Shown piece by piece: positions 60,664 to 64,000 of a DNA stretch of 64,000 bases; position 1 is the stretch's first letter, and every line of letters starts with the position of its first letter. The notes beneath the pieces were generated by a model. That model did no database searches, was not told where the DNA came from, and saw nothing but the letters and a program-made list of their open reading frames with translations. Source of the DNA: an uncultured Actinomycetota bacterium. GTDB lineage: Bacteria > Actinomycetota > Actinomycetes > Propionibacteriales > Nocardioidaceae. The stretch lies in NCBI GenBank assembly GCA_963797325.1, contig CAWCPG010000024.1, forward strand, positions 189 to 64,188. Reading direction: 5' to 3'. A program made the translations under genes and the position numbers.

Positions 60664-62629
60664 GTGACCAACAGGTTGGCGGACGCGACCAGCCCCTACC
60701 TCCTCCAGCACGCCGACAACCCGGTCGACTGGTGGGAGTGGGGCGGCGAGGCGTTCGCGGAGGCGCGTCGGCGCGGCGTACCGGTCTTCCTCTAGCGTCG
60801 GGTACGCCGCGTGCCACTGGTGCCATGTGATGGCGCACGAGTCGTTCGAGGACGACGCGACCGCCGCCCAGCTGAACGCGGAGTTCGTCTGCGTCAAGGT
60901 CGACCGCGAGGAGCGGCCCGACGTGGATGCCGTCTACATGGATGCCACGGTGTCGATGACCGGGCAGGGCGGCTGGCCGATGACGGTGGTGCTCGACCAC
61001 GACGGCAGCCCGTTCTTCGCCGGCACCTACTTCCCCGACCGCCCCCGGATGGGGCAGCCGTCGCTGCGCCAGGTGCTGACCGCCCTCACGGAGGCCTGGC
61101 GCGAGCGACCCGACGACGTACGCCGGACCGCCGCGTCGGTGCGGGAGCACCTGGCCCGGCAGACCGAGCTCGCGGGCGACGCGCTCACCTCCGACGACCT
61201 GGCGGCCGCTGCGACCCTCCTGCGCCGGGACTTCGACACCGCGCACGGCGGCTTCGGCGGCGCGCCCAAGTTCCCGCCCTCGATGGTGCTCGAGTTCCTC
61301 CGTCGGCGCCCGGGCGCCGACGAGCGCGCGATGCTCGACGCGAGCCTGGACGCGATGGCCCGCGGGGGGATCCACGACCAGCTGGCCGGCGGCTTCGCCC
61401 GCTACAGCGTCGACGACGCCTGGGTCGTGCCCCACTTCGAGAAGATGCTCTACGACAACGCCCAGCTCGTCGGCCTCTACGCGCGGTGGGGCACGCCGCT
61501 GGGCGACCGCGTCGCGCGGCTGGCGGCCGAGTTCCTGCTGCGTGAGCTGCGGACGAGCGAGGGCGGCCTCGCCTCCGCGCTCGACGCCGACAGCGAGGGC
61601 GAGGAGGGGCGCTTCTACGTCTGGACGCCCGCGCAGCTCACGGAGGCGCTCGGCGCCGACGACGGACGCTGGGCGACCGACCTGTTCGCGGTCACCGGCA
61701 CCTTCGAGCACGGTACGTCGACCCTGCAGCTGCCTCGCGACCCCGACGACTGGTCGCGCTTCGACGACGTTCGGACCCGTCTGCTCGCTGCCCGCGAGAC
61801 CCGGGAGCGTCCGGCCCGCGACGACAAGGTGGTCGCCGCCTGGAACGGCCTGGCGATCGCGGGACTGTGCGACGCCGGCCGGCTGCTCGGCCGCGAGGAG
61901 TACGTCGACGCGGCGCTCGACGCCGGCCGTCTGCTCGCCGACGTGCACCTCGTCGACGGACGGCTTCGCCGGGTCTCGCGCGACGGCCGGGTCGGGGCGC
62001 CCGCCGGCGTGCTCGAGGACCACGGTGCCGTGGCCGGCGGCTTCCTGGCCCTGTGCGGGGTCACCGCCGACGAGCGGTGGCTCGACCGGGCGACCGCGCT
62101 GCTCGACTCGGCCCTGGGGCTCTTCCGTGCCGACGACGGCGGCTTCCACGACACGCCGGCCGACGGGGAGCGCCTCGTCGCCCGGCCCCGCGACCCGAGC
62201 GACAACGCCAGCCCGTCCGGGACCTCGGCCACGGTGCACGCCCTGCTGGCCGCTCATGCCCTCACCGGCGACGCGCGCTGGCGCGACGCGGCGGAGGAGG
62301 CCCTGACGACGGTGGCGACCCTCGGGCGTCGCGTGCCCCGGTTCGCCGGGTGGTCGCTGGCCGCTGCGCAGTCGCTGGTCGACGGCGCACCGGAGATCGC
62401 GGTGGTCGGACCGCCGGGCCCGGACCGCGACGCCCTCGAGCGACGGGCCAGGTCGTGGCCCGGGGCGGTGGTGGTCGTCGCCGACGGCGACCGGCCCGGC
62501 GTCCCGCTGCTGGAGGGGCGTACGACGGTCGGCGGGCGTCCGGCGGCGTACGTGTGTCGCAACCAGATCTGTGCAGCTCCCGTGACGAGACCGGACGATT
62601 TGACCACGGACGGCGGATCGGTGAACTAG
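60664..62629 (+). CDS. YyaL/SSP411-like thioredoxin-domain protein (Rv1084-like), frameshift near 60792
   Basis: [72 protein letters not shown]. Confidence 0.92.
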
Positions 62630-62680
62630 TCTGCTGCCGACCGCGATCGGGGGATGCGGCGAAGCAGATCGAGGTTCGGG

Positions 62681-64000
62681 GTGGGGGATCTGGCAGAGGG
62701 CGACGAGCCCTCGCAGCAGGACGGCGCGCTCGAGGCCGTCCCGCAGCACGATGTCGCGCGCATCGCCGACGCCGTGCGTGAGGCGGTCGACGCGGGCGCC
62801 GCGCTGATCAGCCGTGTCGTCGACGACGACTGGCTCGAGATCGTCGCCGTGTCCGGTGAGACCACCGGGCCGGACCCGACCGGGACGCGCTGGCCGCGGG
62901 CCGACCTGGCGCGCCACCTCGACGATGCAGAGCGCCGCGGCCGCCTCCACGTGACCAGGAGCCGGGCCGTGTCCTACGTCGAGGTCCCCGACGGTGCACC
63001 GTTCGCCGAGGGCGACCCGACCGTCCTGCTCGCACCTCTCCACAGCAACGGTGGCGAGCTGGTGGGCGTGCTCACCACGGTGGGCTACGTCGACGTCGAC
63101 CAGCTCCCGCCCGGTGCCTGCGACCTCGTCGAGCTGTACGCCGACCAGGCGCGGCTGGCGCTCGACCTGCTGCGCGAGCACCACTTGTTCGTCGAGCACC
63201 TCCGGCTCTCGGACACCGCCCAGTCACTGCTCTACCTGGCCCTCGAGCAGCCCGACGTGCCGTCCCTGCTGGCCGCCGTCACCGCGCCGGTCGCGGAGAT
63301 GATGAGCGCGGGCGCGGCCTGGACCTGTGCCGAGATCGCCTCCGGCGCGCACGCCGAGGCCGCGTCGTACCCGGAGGAGGTCGCCGGCCGCCTGGGCGCC
63401 GACACGTGCACGCTGATCGAGCCGATGGTCGCGACCTGCTGGACCGACGACACCACCCTGACCGACGAGGACTCCCCGCTGCTGGGCCGGATCGCCGGGC
63501 TCGCGCACCGCGAGCGGGCGCTGCTCGCGGCGATCGGGAGCGGCTCGACCGCGCGTGGCGCACTGCTCGTGCTCAGGGGCGCTTCCGACGACCCCTGGAC
63601 CCGGCGTGAGCGCGCCGCCCTCGCCGGGCTCGGCCGGCGGCTGGGGTCGGTGGTCGAGCAGCTCGAGGCACGACGCCGCGACCGGCACCTCGTCGCCGAG
63701 CTGCGCGAGCTCGACCAGTACCGCCGCGACCTGGTCGCCTCCCTGACCCACGACCTCAAGACGCCGCTCACCGCGATCGCCCTGAACGCCGAGCTGCTGG
63801 AGTCGGACCGGCGCCTCGCCGAGGCGGGTGCCCACCCGGTCGCCGCGATCAGGCGCAGCGCGGAGCGGCTGTCCGGCCTCGTCGACGACCTGCTGGCGCT
63901 GGCCAGGGCCGAGGAGGGGCTCGGGTCGGCGGGCTCCCGGCGCGAGGCCGACCGAGGGGTCGGTCGGGGCGGACGCGGTGGCGCTGGTGCGCGACGCCTG
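62681..64000 (+). CDS. sensor histidine kinase with GAF-like N-terminal regions, 3'-truncated by window edge
   Basis: open frame from GTG 62681 to the window end containing ELRELDQYRRDLVASLTHDLKTPLTAI (HisKA); absent from the ORF track because it has no stop. Confidence 0.8.
   Translation, partial: MGDLAEGDEPSQQDGALEAVPQHDVARIADAVREAVDAGAALISRVVDDDWLEIVAVSGETTGPDPTGTRWPRADLARHLDDAERRGRLHVTRSRAVSYVEVPDGAPFAEGDPTVLLAPLHSNGGELVGVLTTVGYVDVDQLPPGACDLVELYADQARLALDLLREHHLFVEHLRLSDTAQSLLYLALEQPDVPSLLAAVTAPVAEMMSAGAAWTCAEIASGAHAEAASYPEEVAGRLGADTCTLIEPMVATCWTDDTTLTDEDSPLLGRIAGLAHRERALLAAIGSGSTARGALLVLRGASDDPWTRRERAALAGLGRRLGSVVEQLEARRRDRHLVAELRELDQYRRDLVASLTHDLKTPLTAIALNAELLESDRRLAEAGAHPVAAIRRSAERLSGLVDDLLALARAEEGLGSAGSRREADRGVGRGGRGGAGARRL

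Noticed and set aside
60785-60800. In-frame TAG in yyaL as recoding or readthrough
   Set aside because: Removing one extra T restores [11 protein letters not shown], so this is an indel and not stop-codon recoding.

Overview
GC-rich actinobacterial chromosome segment, most like Nocardioidaceae by gene content (an inference). Many single-base frameshifts, densest in the first ~11.5 kb, look like long-read or assembly errors rather than pseudogenes. The backbone follows the usual actinobacterial order: DUF501-ppx-udg-tRNA-Leu(UAA), YccA, SGNH, cbs, then msrA, metB, ilvA, greA, DUF4307, mca and yyaL. Accessory blocks interrupt it. (1) A ~13 kb DosR/DevR-type hypoxia island holds cydAB, fused cydDC, a DosR-like regulator, a heme-GAF DosS-like kinase, a GNAT/acyl-CoA-synthetase fusion, CBS-BON, PNPOx-like and USP genes. 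DevR-box-like pairs sit at each promoter, and one orphan pair precedes a candidate ~90-nt C-rich small RNA. (2) An AAA+/VWA pair has an OsmC-like gene wedged in at the junction and is followed by a 5 x 70-bp palindromic tandem array. (3) A PHO-box-preceded Pit operon, an ABC/LolA-like operon with a two-component system, and tandem DinB genes follow. (4) A Pls/PosA-type homopoly(amino acid) synthetase with a Lys-like A-domain code lies next to an M1 aminopeptidase and a PPTase, and the PPTase overlaps a CYTH-CHAD polyphosphate-associated gene. A short REP-like element occurs three times, each preceded by stuttered copies of its 5' half. No CRISPR, transposase, integrase or rRNA was found. All motif and family calls were made by eye and from memory, with no searches run.
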